Source of the DNA: Thermoanaerobaculia bacterium
Lineage (GTDB): Bacteria; Acidobacteriota; Thermoanaerobaculia; UBA5066
NCBI GenBank assembly: GCA_963719225.1
Contig: CAVRAY010000001.1
Location: forward strand, 1,216,001 to 1,280,000
Direction of reading: 5' to 3'
DNA length: 64,000 nucleotides
A program made the translations under genes and the position numbers. Below the pieces are notes generated by a model, which made no database searches, was not told the origin of the DNA, and was given only the letters and a program-made list of their open reading frames with translations. Below, in pieces: positions 1 to 9,410 of this stretch. Numbering within the stretch: the stretch's first letter is position 1; each line of letters opens with the position of its first letter.

Positions 1-1
1 C

Positions 2-568
2 GGGCACCACCACCACGTCCACGTCGTGTCGGACGATTTCGGCCGCCCGCTTGGAGCCTACGCGGGCTGCCCGACGGGACGCGGTCTCGACGAAGCGGGT
101 CCGCGGGTCTTCCTCAAGGTGACGCTGACCCGCGAAGGGCCGGCGCGGATCGAAAGGATCCCGGCCGACACGCGCACCGTGCGTGACGTCGTCGTGGACG
201 TCAGCGATCTCGAGGCAGGCCCCCTCGTCGAGAGGGTCGAGGCTGCGCTCGCCGAGGCCGGCGTGGAAGCGCCCGATCTCGTGCGCGTGACGTTGACGGG
301 AACGCAGGCTTACGGCGCGCGTCCCGCCGACCTCGTCCGGCCGATGGCCGCACGCGTGCGACATCTCGCGGTCCGCGACCAGACCGAGCCGCCCCCGCCC
401 GAAGCGGGTCCCCGCTCGGCGGAGGGGCGGTTCGCGTCGGACCTTCTCGCGTACCGGGCGTCCGCGGTCGACGACGCACGGCGACGGGCCGCCGACCTGG
501 CGCTTCGACTCGGCCGCGATGCGCTCGCGGGGAGGCCCGTCAGGCCGCCGGAGGCCGAGGAACGATGA
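2..568 (+). CDS. Mre11/SbcD/YhaO-like metallophosphoesterase DNA repair exonuclease, C-terminal part (5' truncated by window edge)
   Basis: Frame is open from nt 2 and reads GHHHH...YAGCPTGRGLDEAGPR (GHxH plus the YxGxPxGRxxDExG motif). ATGA overlap with the downstream SMC-like ATPase. Confidence 0.8.
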   Translation, partial: GHHHHVHVVSDDFGRPLGAYAGCPTGRGLDEAGPRVFLKVTLTREGPARIERIPADTRTVRDVVVDVSDLEAGPLVERVEAALAEAGVEAPDLVRVTLTGTQAYGARPADLVRPMAARVRHLAVRDQTEPPPPEAGPRSAEGRFASDLLAYRASAVDDARRRAADLALRLGRDALAGRPVRPPEAEER

Positions 569-3474
569 AGATCGAGCGCATCCGCATCGAGGGTTTCGGT
601 GCGCTTCGCGATCTCGACCTCGCATGGCCCGAGGGAAGCGTGCTGCTCGCGGTCGACCCGAACGAGACGGGCAAGACGACGCTCTGCGAAGCCATCGTCG
701 CGGCCCTGTACGGGCTTCCGAAGACGCGCGGCGTGGCGGGGCGGGTCCGCGAGGTGAGAAGACCGCGGAGCGGGGCCCCATTGCGCGTGGGTCTCGACGT
801 CCTGGCCGGCGGGACCCGCTGGTCGGTCGACCGGGATCTCGAGCTCGGCACGCTGCGCGTCGTGGACCGGGACCGCGGGCTCGAGAGGACCCAGGAGTTC
901 CTGCGCCCGGGGAACCGGGACGCCTTCGGCGAGACCGTCACGGGAGGGCTCACGGAGGATCTCTTCCGCGCGACGGCGTACGTTTCGCAGAACGTGCTCG
1001 ACCGCGATTCCCTCGACGCAGGGCTCACCGTCGAGCTCGCGCGCATCGCCGACTCGGGCGGCGGAGAGGCATCGGTCGTGCGCGCGTTGAAGACTCTCGA
1101 CGCGGTGCTCCTGGAAATGCCCGAACCCGCCGCGGGCGCGAAGATCTCCGTGGACACCGAGATCGCGCGGCTCGGCAGGCGTGTCGAGGGCCTCAAGCAG
1201 CGGCGGGCTGAGCTGGCGGCCCGCCGCGCCGTCGCGGCACAGGCCTCCGCGCGTCTGTCCGGATGCGTGAAGGCGTACGACGAGACCCGGCGGGCCGCGG
1301 AGATCGCGACTCTCGTGGAGGTTCTTGCGCACCGTCACGCGCTCGCGAAGAGGCGCGAGACGCTAGCCTCGGCGCTCGCCCGGCGAAACGAGGCCGAGAG
1401 CGAGGCCCGGGCCCTGGCTCCGGAGGCCGAGCTCTTCTCCGACGACGCCCTCGCCGCCGTGGACCGGCTCCGCGAAGAGCGGGGAAACCGGCCTCAGGCC
1501 CTCGAGGGGGCGCGGACCGCCTACACGGAAAGCCTTCGCCTCGCCGAGAGGGAAGCGGAGGAGACGGGACGCCGGTTCGGCCCGGCGGCCCGCCTCGGGG
1601 AGGCGGAGCGTGCCGGCCTCGAGGACATGCTTCGTGCCGAGCTGGCGACCTCGCGCGATCTCGCGGACGCCGAGCGGGTCCTCGACGAGAAGTGGAACGG
1701 CCTCCGCCGGGACGGCCTCGCGGAGGACTTCGTGCGCCTCGAGGCTCTTCCGTCCGAGGAACGCGGCTTCCTCGCCGGCGCCGAGGAAGAGCGCGCGGGC
1801 CTCGAGCTCGAAGGCGTGCGGCTGGACCGGCGCGTCGCCGACGCGGGTGCGACGGCCGCGATCGCGGCGGGCGAGCGGTCGCAGCGCGTCAGGCTCGCGC
1901 GGTCGCTCGTTCTCGCAGCCGCGTTTCTCGTGCCCTTCGTCGCGTGGCTCTCCTGGCGCTCTGCGGGCGTGCCCTTCTACATGACCGCGTCCCTCGCGGC
2001 TTTCGTCCTCACGCTCGGACTCTTCGGCGGCATCGCGTGGGCGCGCGCGATCCGGTACAGGGTCGGCGACGAGGCCCGGGCGCGCGAGGAGGAAGCCGTG
2101 AGCCGGCGCAAGGCGGTCGATCTGCGCAAGCGGCTCTCGAACATGCGCCTGAGGCTCGACAAGCTCGCGCGCGCGGCGGGCTATCGGGACGCGTCGTCCC
2201 TGCTGAAGGCGCACCGCCGGACGCGTAACGCCGAGGAGCCGCGGCGACAGCTCGTCGCCGTGACAGCGCGCCGCGACGATGCGAAAGAGCGTCTCGAGTC
2301 TCTCGGAGAGGCTCTGCGACCGCATCGCGCGGCCCTCTCTCTCCCCGAGGGACTTCCGACCCCGGAGGAGGCCGAGCGCTCCCTCGCCCTTCTCGCCGAT
2401 CTCGCACGCGCGAAGCAGGATGCCCGAACCCGCGAGGAGGTTCTCGCGCGCGAGAAAGAGCGTCTCGATCGCGAGGAAGCCGACCTGGCCGCGCTCGAGG
2501 GACGACTGCGGGAGGCGGTGCGGAGGACAGGCGTCCCAGGCGCGCTCCCTCTGACCGAGAGTCTGCTTGCCGTGGAAGCGGGTCGTCGCAAGGCAGCGCG
2601 CTTCCGAAGACTCCTCGAGCACGAGCTTCCGGCCCGGCGGGAGAGTGCGGGAGAGGGGGAGGAAGCGGACCTCGCGTCCCGGCTCGTCGGGCTCGACGAA
2701 GAGGCCGCGCGACTCTCCGCGCGTCTCGGAATGGATCCCCAGTCGCTCGCGCTTCCCGACACGCCGGAGGCCGCGCGGCGCCAGGCCGATGCCGCGCGGA
2801 AGGCGATGTCGGTCGCCGAGAGCGCGCGCACGACGGCCGAGCGCGAGCTCGCCGATGCGGCGCGAGAGGGCGGCGAGACGGCGCGCGCCGTCGAGGAAGA
2901 TCTCGCGACGGCCGAGGCCTTTCTCGCGAGAGCGGTGCTGTTCCGCGACGCGCTCGACCTCGCCCGCGGCACCCTCGCGGCGGCCGCCTCCTCTGTCTAC
3001 GGCGACTTTCGCCGAGGCCTGCAAACGGCATCGCGCGAGATCCTCGCGACCTGGCAGACGCCGTACGAGGCTCTCGAGTTCGGCGACGACCTCTCGCTCT
3101 CGGCGCTCGTGCGCGGCGGGCGTGTCGCGACGAAGGCGGAGATCCAGTCGGGCCTGTCGACGGGCGCGCGCGAACAGCTGCACCTCACGGCACGCCTGGC
3201 GGCGCTGCGCTATCTCGGCACGGGCGCCTCGGGCGTGCCGCTCCTCCTCGACGACCCGCTCGTGGGCGCCGACGACGAGCGATTCCTCGCCGTAATGCGT
3301 TTCCTCGCCACGGACGTCCTCGGCGAGCGTCCGGTCCTCGTCGTCTCCTGTCACGGCTGGCGGCACGAGCGGCTCCTCGAAGCGCTTCCATCCGAGGTCG
3401 TGAGGAAGCTGGCCCGCGTCTCTCTGGCTCCGTATTCCGCACGCCTTGGCTCCCCCGGTCCCGGCGGGACCTGA
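565..3474 (+). CDS. YhaN/SbcC-like SMC-type ATPase with coiled coil and two central TM helices
   Basis: N-terminal MKIERIRIEGFG, Walker A-like DPNETGKTT, signature LSTGAREQL, Walker B/D-loop LLLDDPLVGADDER, long coiled coil. Confidence 0.85.
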   Translation: MKIERIRIEGFGALRDLDLAWPEGSVLLAVDPNETGKTTLCEAIVAALYGLPKTRGVAGRVREVRRPRSGAPLRVGLDVLAGGTRWSVDRDLELGTLRVVDRDRGLERTQEFLRPGNRDAFGETVTGGLTEDLFRATAYVSQNVLDRDSLDAGLTVELARIADSGGGEASVVRALKTLDAVLLEMPEPAAGAKISVDTEIARLGRRVEGLKQRRAELAARRAVAAQASARLSGCVKAYDETRRAAEIATLVEVLAHRHALAKRRETLASALARRNEAESEARALAPEAELFSDDALAAVDRLREERGNRPQALEGARTAYTESLRLAEREAEETGRRFGPAARLGEAERAGLEDMLRAELATSRDLADAERVLDEKWNGLRRDGLAEDFVRLEALPSEERGFLAGAEEERAGLELEGVRLDRRVADAGATAAIAAGERSQRVRLARSLVLAAAFLVPFVAWLSWRSAGVPFYMTASLAAFVLTLGLFGGIAWARAIRYRVGDEARAREEEAVSRRKAVDLRKRLSNMRLRLDKLARAAGYRDASSLLKAHRRTRNAEEPRRQLVAVTARRDDAKERLESLGEALRPHRAALSLPEGLPTPEEAERSLALLADLARAKQDARTREEVLAREKERLDREEADLAALEGRLREAVRRTGVPGALPLTESLLAVEAGRRKAARFRRLLEHELPARRESAGEGEEADLASRLVGLDEEAARLSARLGMDPQSLALPDTPEAARRQADAARKAMSVAESARTTAERELADAAREGGETARAVEEDLATAEAFLARAVLFRDALDLARGTLAAAASSVYGDFRRGLQTASREILATWQTPYEALEFGDDLSLSALVRGGRVATKAEIQSGLSTGAREQLHLTARLAALRYLGTGASGVPLLLDDPLVGADDERFLAVMRFLATDVLGERPVLVVSCHGWRHERLLEALPSEVVRKLARVSLAPYSARLGSPGPGGT

Positions 3475-3487
3475 AGCGCCAGCGTTC

Positions 3488-3496
3488 TGCTAGACT
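3488..3496 (+). promoter_or_regulatory. Putative extended -10 (TGcTAGACT) upstream of secD
   Basis: TGn-TAGACT in the intergenic gap. Confidence 0.35.
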
Positions 3497-3600
3497 CCGC
3501 CGGTTCGCCCGGGAGTTGCCCGGGCGCATCCCGCGGTCTTCCCGTCTCCCCGGTGGCCCCGTGCCGCCTCCGGACGGGCCCGCCTCCGGAGGTTGCGTTC

Positions 3601-5232
3601 GTGAACAAGCCCACTGGATGGCGCGTCGGCGTGACGTTGGCCGTCCTCATCGGTTCGGTCGCAGCCTACTGGTGGCGCGGCCACGAGGCGTTGAAGAAGT
3701 CGCCGACGGCCCCACCCAACCCGACGACCTCGGACGTCCTCAGGAACGGGCTCAAGCTGGGCCTCGACCTGCGCGGCGGCATCCACCTCGTCATGCAGGT
3801 CAAGACCGCCGATGCGCTGCGCGTCGAGTCGCAGGACACGCTCGAGCGCTTGAAAGACGAGGGCGGCAAGCGCGGCATCGCGATCGTGGCGACGGGCCCG
3901 GCCGACGCCACCGGATTCGGGCTGAGGCTCGACGAGAAGACGGACGCTGCGAAGCTCAAGGATCTCGTGACGAGCGTCCTCCCGCCGAACGCGTGGTCCG
4001 TCGACCAGCGCGGCCGCGAGTGGAAGATCTCGTACAAGGATTTCGAGCGCCTTCAGATCGAGGACCAGGCCGCACGGCAGGCCGTCGAGACGATTCGCAA
4101 CCGCGTCGACGCTCTCGGGGTCGCCGAGCCCGTCATCCAGAGACAGGGAACGGACCGCATCGTCGTCGAGATCCCCGGCGTGGACGACCCGAGCCGCGTC
4201 AAGGAGATCATCGGCACGACGGGTCTCCTCGAGCTGAAGCTCGTGGACGACCGCGGCGGACCGTATCCCTCCATGGATGCCGCCCGCGGCGCTTACGGCG
4301 GGACGGTGCCCGAGGATCTCGAAGTCGTCGAGGGGTTCACGGAAGACGCGGACGCCCGCACGCGGAGCACCGTCTGGTATGTGCTGAAGCGTGCCGCAGC
4401 CGTCACGGGGCGCGACCTGAAAAACGCGCGCGTCGACCGCGACAAGTTCAACCAGCCGGCCGTCATGTTCTTCCTGAATGCCGCGGGCGCCGTGAAATTC
4501 GCGAAGGCGACCGGCGAGAACGTCGGTAAGCATCTCGCCATCGTGCTCGACAAGCGCGTTCAGTCCGCGCCGGTGATCAACAGCCAGATCAAGGAGAGCG
4601 GCATCATCGAGGGGAACTTCACGGCCGAGAAGGCCGACGCGCTCTCGCTCGTGCTCCGCTCGGGTGCCCTCCCGGCCGAGATGATCATCCTCGAGGAGCG
4701 CACGGTCGGGCCGTCGCTGGGACTCGATTCGATCAAGAAGGGCGTCCTCGCCTCGATCGTCGGCATGATCTGCGTCTTCGTCGCGATGGTTATCTATTAC
4801 CGCCTCTCCGGCGTGAACGCGGTCGTCGCCCTCGTCCTGAACGCGCTCATCCTGCTCGGAGCGATGGCCTACATCAACGCGACGCTCACGCTGCCGGGCA
4901 TCGCGGGCTTCATCCTCACGATCGGCATGGCGGTCGATTCGAACGTCCTCATCTTCGAGCGTATCCGCGAGGAGATGGACAACGGCAAGGCTCCGAAGGC
5001 GGCCATCGATCTCGGTTTCAAGCGCGCCTGGGGAACGATCGTCGACACCCACGTCACGACGATTTCCGCCGCCCTTTTCCTGTTCCAGTTCGGCACCGGT
5101 CCCGTCAAGGGGTTTGCGGTCACGCTCGTCATCGGCCTTCTGGCCTCCGTCTTCACCGCGGTCTTCGTTTCGCACCTCCTCTTCGACCTGATCTACGGGC
5201 CGAAGGAGCGCGTCGAGACCCTTTCCATCTGA
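3601..5232 (+). CDS. secD: Protein translocase subunit SecD
   Basis: LKLGLDLRGG, RNRVDALGVAEP, LRSGALP, VGPSLG, GMAVDSNVLIFERIREE. GTG start after GGAGG. Confidence 0.97.
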   Translation: MNKPTGWRVGVTLAVLIGSVAAYWWRGHEALKKSPTAPPNPTTSDVLRNGLKLGLDLRGGIHLVMQVKTADALRVESQDTLERLKDEGGKRGIAIVATGPADATGFGLRLDEKTDAAKLKDLVTSVLPPNAWSVDQRGREWKISYKDFERLQIEDQAARQAVETIRNRVDALGVAEPVIQRQGTDRIVVEIPGVDDPSRVKEIIGTTGLLELKLVDDRGGPYPSMDAARGAYGGTVPEDLEVVEGFTEDADARTRSTVWYVLKRAAAVTGRDLKNARVDRDKFNQPAVMFFLNAAGAVKFAKATGENVGKHLAIVLDKRVQSAPVINSQIKESGIIEGNFTAEKADALSLVLRSGALPAEMIILEERTVGPSLGLDSIKKGVLASIVGMICVFVAMVIYYRLSGVNAVVALVLNALILLGAMAYINATLTLPGIAGFILTIGMAVDSNVLIFERIREEMDNGKAPKAAIDLGFKRAWGTIVDTHVTTISAALFLFQFGTGPVKGFAVTLVIGLLASVFTAVFVSHLLFDLIYGPKERVETLSI

Positions 5233-5251
5233 CCAGAGAAGCGGAGAGAAC

Positions 5252-6484
5252 GTGCGCCTCCTCCACAAGACGAACATCGACTTCCTGAAGGTCAAGTGGA
5301 TCTGCATCTCTCTGTCGATCCTCTCGATCGTCATCGGCACGATCTCGCTGATCGTGAAGGGCGGCCCGAACCTCGGGATCGACTTCACTGGCGGCGCGCA
5401 GATCGTCTACCGGTTCTCGAAGAACCCCGACGAAGACCAGATCCGCAAGATCGTCGAAGCGGCGAACGTCAAGGTCGTCTCCGTCCAGCGCTTCGACAAG
5501 CCCGAGAAGAACGAGGTCCTGCTGCGCGTCCCCCTCGAGAAAAAGGAAGGGCGTGACCTCTCGAAGGAAATCACGACGGCGCTCACCAAGGATCTCTTTC
5601 CGAAGGGGACGGAAGCCGGAGTGTTCGACTTGAACCTGAACGGAGGCGATCTGCTTCTCGCGAAGCTGATCGCCGACGACCCCGAGAAGCTCGCGACCCG
5701 GCCCAGCGCCGACCCCAAGGTGGAGTACGGCCGTGAGGCGCAGGCGATCATCGCGGCGCGCTCGGAACGAGGGCTCTTCGCATCCGTGGACGAGGCCGCG
5801 AAGACCCCGGGCGTGTCGCCGGCCGCCGGCGAGTGGCTCAAGGCGAAGACGGTCACGGGACCCTTCACACTTCTCTCGGCCGAGAACGTCGGCCCCCAGG
5901 TCGGAAAGGACCTGCGCGAGAAGGGCATGTGGGCCATCCTCTTCTCCTGGGCGGCGATGCTCGCGTACATCGCGTTCCGCTTCCGCTCCGCCTCCTTCGG
6001 AACGGCGGCGGTCGTGGCGCTCATCCACGACACGTGGATGACTCTCGGGCTCTGTTCGATCCTGAACCTCGAGATCTCGCTCACGGTCGTCGCGGCCTTC
6101 CTCACGCTGATCGGCTATTCCGTGAACGACACCGTCGTCGTCTTCGACCGGATCCGTGAGAACCGCGAAAAGTCCAAGCGCACGCCGCTCGCCGAGCTCG
6201 TGAACCACTCCATCAACCAGACGCTGTCGCGGACGATTCTGACCTCCGTGCTCACGTTCGTGGTCGTCGTCGTGCTCTTCTTCCTCGGGGGCGAGGTCCT
6301 CCGCGGCTTCGCGTTCGTGATGATCGTCGGCATCATCGTCGGGACCTACTCGTCGATCTTCATCGCGGCTCCGCTCGTGGTCGTGTGGGAGGAGTGGAAG
6401 CGGAAACGGGCCGAGAAGAAGCCCCGGCCCGCGCCCGCGCCCGCGAAGGGCGGAAAGGCCGCCGCCGCGAAGGCGAGATCGTGA
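5252..6484 (+). CDS. secF: Protein translocase subunit SecF with inserted HhH/ComEA-like subdomain
   Basis: LGIDFTGG, VGPQVG, GYSVNDTVVVFDRIRE, SINQTLSRT, GTYSSIFIA. Confidence 0.97.
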   Translation: MRLLHKTNIDFLKVKWICISLSILSIVIGTISLIVKGGPNLGIDFTGGAQIVYRFSKNPDEDQIRKIVEAANVKVVSVQRFDKPEKNEVLLRVPLEKKEGRDLSKEITTALTKDLFPKGTEAGVFDLNLNGGDLLLAKLIADDPEKLATRPSADPKVEYGREAQAIIAARSERGLFASVDEAAKTPGVSPAAGEWLKAKTVTGPFTLLSAENVGPQVGKDLREKGMWAILFSWAAMLAYIAFRFRSASFGTAAVVALIHDTWMTLGLCSILNLEISLTVVAAFLTLIGYSVNDTVVVFDRIRENREKSKRTPLAELVNHSINQTLSRTILTSVLTFVVVVVLFFLGGEVLRGFAFVMIVGIIVGTYSSIFIAAPLVVVWEEWKRKRAEKKPRPAPAPAKGGKAAAAKARS

Positions 6485-6574
6485 CGAACGTGAGGGCGGC
6501 TCCGGCAGGGTAGAAGCTACGGGCGGCCGAGGGCGCCCTTCTTGCATGATTCCGGTACCAGGAGGACTCCCCAC

Positions 6575-7390
6575 GTGCTGGTGGTCTTCACGGACCTGGA
6601 CGGGACTCTCCTCGAGGAGGACGGTTCGCTCTCCGAGGACGCGCGTGCGGCCGTGGGCGCCCTTTCGGCCGCGGGGATTCCCGTCGTTCCGCTCACGAGC
6701 AAAACGCGGCTCGAGCTCGAGAGCTGGATCGCGGTCCTCGATGCCGGAGGCGCCGGGGCTTTCGAGAACGGCGCGGGGATTCTGACGTCGGGAGATACGA
6801 AGACGGTGATTCCGGGGACAGGAGAACGGGAGATTCTTAGAAGGAGAGAGACCGAAGTCCTGCCCGCTGCGGTCGCCGTTGGCGAGCTGCGCCTCGCCCT
6901 CGATGCGCTTCGCCGGCACACGGGCCTTTCCCTCTTCTCCTTCGAAGAAATCCCCGACGCCGAGTGGGTACGCCTCACCGGCCTCCCGCTCGACGACGCG
7001 GGCGCGGCGCGTGCGCGGGAGTTCGATCTTCCGTTCATCGTCTCCGACGGCGACGCCTCCGCGGTCTTGTCCGCGCCGCTTCCGCCGCGCGTTCGACTGG
7101 TTCGCGGCGGGCGCTTCTGGCACCTCTCGGGCCTCCACGACAAGGCAGACGCCGCGCGAAGACTTCTCGAGCTCCTCCGCCCGTCCCGGACGATCGGGCT
7201 CGGCGACGCGCCGAACGACGCCGCGTTCCTTCGGATCATGGATCATCCCGTCCTCGTCCCGAAGAAGGCGGGAGTCGACGAAACGTTGCGCGCCGCCCTT
7301 CCCCGCGCTGGCGTCGCGCCGGCCCCCGGAGGCGCGGGCTGGAGCGCGGCCGTGCGCGCTCTCGTTCCCGCGGAAAGGATGGGTGCGTGA
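6575..7390 (+). CDS. Mannosyl/glucosyl-3-phosphoglycerate phosphatase (HAD IIB, YedP/MpgP-like)
   Basis: FTDLDGTLL, TSKT, ENG, GGRFWH, GLGDAPND motifs. GGAGG RBS at 6561 precedes GTG 6575. Confidence 0.88.
   Translation: MLVVFTDLDGTLLEEDGSLSEDARAAVGALSAAGIPVVPLTSKTRLELESWIAVLDAGGAGAFENGAGILTSGDTKTVIPGTGEREILRRRETEVLPAAVAVGELRLALDALRRHTGLSLFSFEEIPDAEWVRLTGLPLDDAGAARAREFDLPFIVSDGDASAVLSAPLPPRVRLVRGGRFWHLSGLHDKADAARRLLELLRPSRTIGLGDAPNDAAFLRIMDHPVLVPKKAGVDETLRAALPRAGVAPAPGGAGWSAAVRALVPAERMGA
6828..6955. repeat. Convergent motif pair 1 (GGGAGATTCTTAGAAGGAGAGAG 6828-6850; CTCTTCTCCTTCGAAGAAATCCCC 6932-6955)
   Basis: Near-complementary AT-rich arms inside the phosphatase CDS; cores 107 bp apart. 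Confidence 0.8.
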
Positions 7391-7391
7391 G

Positions 7392-8684
7392 ATGACCCTG
7401 ATCGCGAGCCCCGAGCTCGATGCCGGCGTGATGACGCTCCTCAAGAATCTCGGCCGCGTGGACCTCCTGGTCGGGATCCCGTCGTTCAACAACGCCCGAA
7501 CGATTGGGCACGTCGTACGCGCCGTCGCGGCGGGCCTCGCCCGCCACTTCCCCGAGGCGAAGACGGTTCTCGTGAACAGCGACGGCGGCTCGACGGACGG
7601 GACACGCGACGTGGTGGTGAAGACGGAGCTCGGCGACCTCACCGAGATCCTCGTGGACGCGGTTCCGTCCTCGCCCCTTTCGCGCATCGTGACGCCGTAC
7701 TCCGGGCTGCCGGGAAAGGGGAGCGCGCTCCGCACGATCTTCCGCATCGCCGCCGAGCTGGAGGCCTCCGCGTGCTGCGTCGTCGACAGCGACCTGCGCA
7801 GCATCACGCCGGAATGGGTGGAGCTCCTCTTGACCCCCGTTCTCGACCACGGGTACGAGTTCGTCGCGCCCCTGTACGCGCGGCACCGGTACGACGGCAC
7901 GATCACGAACACGATCGTGTATCCGCTCACGCGCGCGCTCTACGGGCACCGCGTGCGTCAGCCCATCGGCGGAGATTTCGGGTTCTCGGGCAGACTCGCG
8001 AGCCGGTTCCTCGAGTACGAGGGCTGGGAAGGCCCCGTCGCGAGGTACGGCATCGACATCTTCATGACGACGACGGCGCTCGCCGAGAACCACCGGGCGT
8101 GCCAGTCCTTCCTCGGCGCGAAGCTCCACGATCCGAAGGACCCGGGAGCGGACCTTCAGGACATGCTCGTCCAGGTCGTCTCGACCCTCTTCGACCTGAT
8201 GGGACGCTACTCGGACGTCTGGAAAGGAGTCAAAGGCTCCCAGGACCTCCGCACCTTCGGCCTGCCGTACGCGGTCGGACTGGAGCCGGTGCCCGTCAAG
8301 ATCGACCGGCTGGTCTCGCTCTTCCGACAGGGCGCGGCCGAGCTTCCTCCCGTCTGGAAGAGCTTCCTCGCCGAAGACGTCTTGCGCGGCATCCAGGAAG
8401 CCGCCGCGCGCGTCCCGCCCTCTCTTTCCGACGAGCTCTTCGTGCGGATCGTCTACGACGCCGCGGCGGGGTACACCCGGAAGAGCCTGCCGAGGGAAAC
8501 GCTCATCCGGTCCCTGATCCCGCTTTACCTCGGCAAGGTGGCGACGTTCGTGGAAGAGACGCGCGAGGCCGAGGCTGCGGAGGCCGAAGCGCGGCTCGAG
8601 ACCCTCGCGCGCGTCTACGAGAGCGAGAAGGCGTCTATCGTCCTGGCCTGGGACACGAAGAAGAAAGAACAGGCGAACCCCTAA
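7392..8684 (+). CDS. GT-A/GT2 glycosyltransferase, mannosylglycerate/glucosylglycerate synthase-like
   Basis: GIPSFNNARTI, NSDGGSTDGT, GKGSA, VDSDLRS, RQPIGGDFG, YGIDI. ATG 7392 lies just after the upstream stop. Confidence 0.8.
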   Translation: MTLIASPELDAGVMTLLKNLGRVDLLVGIPSFNNARTIGHVVRAVAAGLARHFPEAKTVLVNSDGGSTDGTRDVVVKTELGDLTEILVDAVPSSPLSRIVTPYSGLPGKGSALRTIFRIAAELEASACCVVDSDLRSITPEWVELLLTPVLDHGYEFVAPLYARHRYDGTITNTIVYPLTRALYGHRVRQPIGGDFGFSGRLASRFLEYEGWEGPVARYGIDIFMTTTALAENHRACQSFLGAKLHDPKDPGADLQDMLVQVVSTLFDLMGRYSDVWKGVKGSQDLRTFGLPYAVGLEPVPVKIDRLVSLFRQGAAELPPVWKSFLAEDVLRGIQEAAARVPPSLSDELFVRIVYDAAAGYTRKSLPRETLIRSLIPLYLGKVATFVEETREAEAAEAEARLETLARVYESEKASIVLAWDTKKKEQANP

Positions 8685-8696
8685 AGGAGGTCCGTG

Positions 8697-9377
8697 ATGC
8701 TCGAGAACCTCGGAAGGCAGATCGGCGACGCGTTTCTGAGACTGGGGGACGCCTTCCTCTCGGTCATCCCCGCGTTCGTGGTCCTCGTGGGCGCCCTCCT
8801 CGTCGGACTCATCGTGGGGGTCCTCATCCGGCTCGCGCTGAACCTCGTCTTCCGGATGGCGCGCGGAGGCGACTCGAGCCCGCTCCTGCGCGCCGCGGGA
8901 TTGAAGACCGCTCCCTCCGCCCTGGCGGCGGGTATCTCGTTCTGGGCGGCCGTCCTCGTGGCGCTCGCGGTGGGCGTGAACGCCCTCGAACCGGGAGCTC
9001 TCCGGAACGTGCTGGCGGACATCGTCGCGTTCCTGCCCCGCATCCTGACGTCCGCGCTCATCGTCCTCCTCGGGTTCGGTCTGGCCGCCCTGGCGCGCCG
9101 GAGCGTTCTCCTGGCAGCCGTCAACTCGGGCCTGCCATGGGCGCGAGCGGGCTCGCGTCTCGTCCACGCCGCCGTTCTCGTCTTCTTCGTGGCCATGGCG
9201 CTCGACAACCTCGGCGTGGCCCGCTCGATCCTCGTCGCGGCTTTCTCGATCGTGGCGGGAGGCTTCGTCCTCGCGCTCGCCCTTGCCTTCGGCCTCGGCG
9301 CGCGCGACCTCGCGAAGGGCTATCTCGAGAAGAGGCTCCGCGCGGAAGAGGAGGAGAGCGGCATCCATCACGTCTGA
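8697..9377 (+). CDS. Membrane protein with MscS-associated TM-helix repeats (CmpX-like)
   Basis: Multiple TM helices, FLPRILTS, ALAFGLGARDLA C-terminal motif; AAGGAG RBS. Confidence 0.7.
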   Translation: MLENLGRQIGDAFLRLGDAFLSVIPAFVVLVGALLVGLIVGVLIRLALNLVFRMARGGDSSPLLRAAGLKTAPSALAAGISFWAAVLVALAVGVNALEPGALRNVLADIVAFLPRILTSALIVLLGFGLAALARRSVLLAAVNSGLPWARAGSRLVHAAVLVFFVAMALDNLGVARSILVAAFSIVAGGFVLALALAFGLGARDLAKGYLEKRLRAEEEESGIHHV

Positions 9378-9410
9378 GCGCCAGAGCCGCGCGCTTCGGT
9401 CCTTTGGGCG

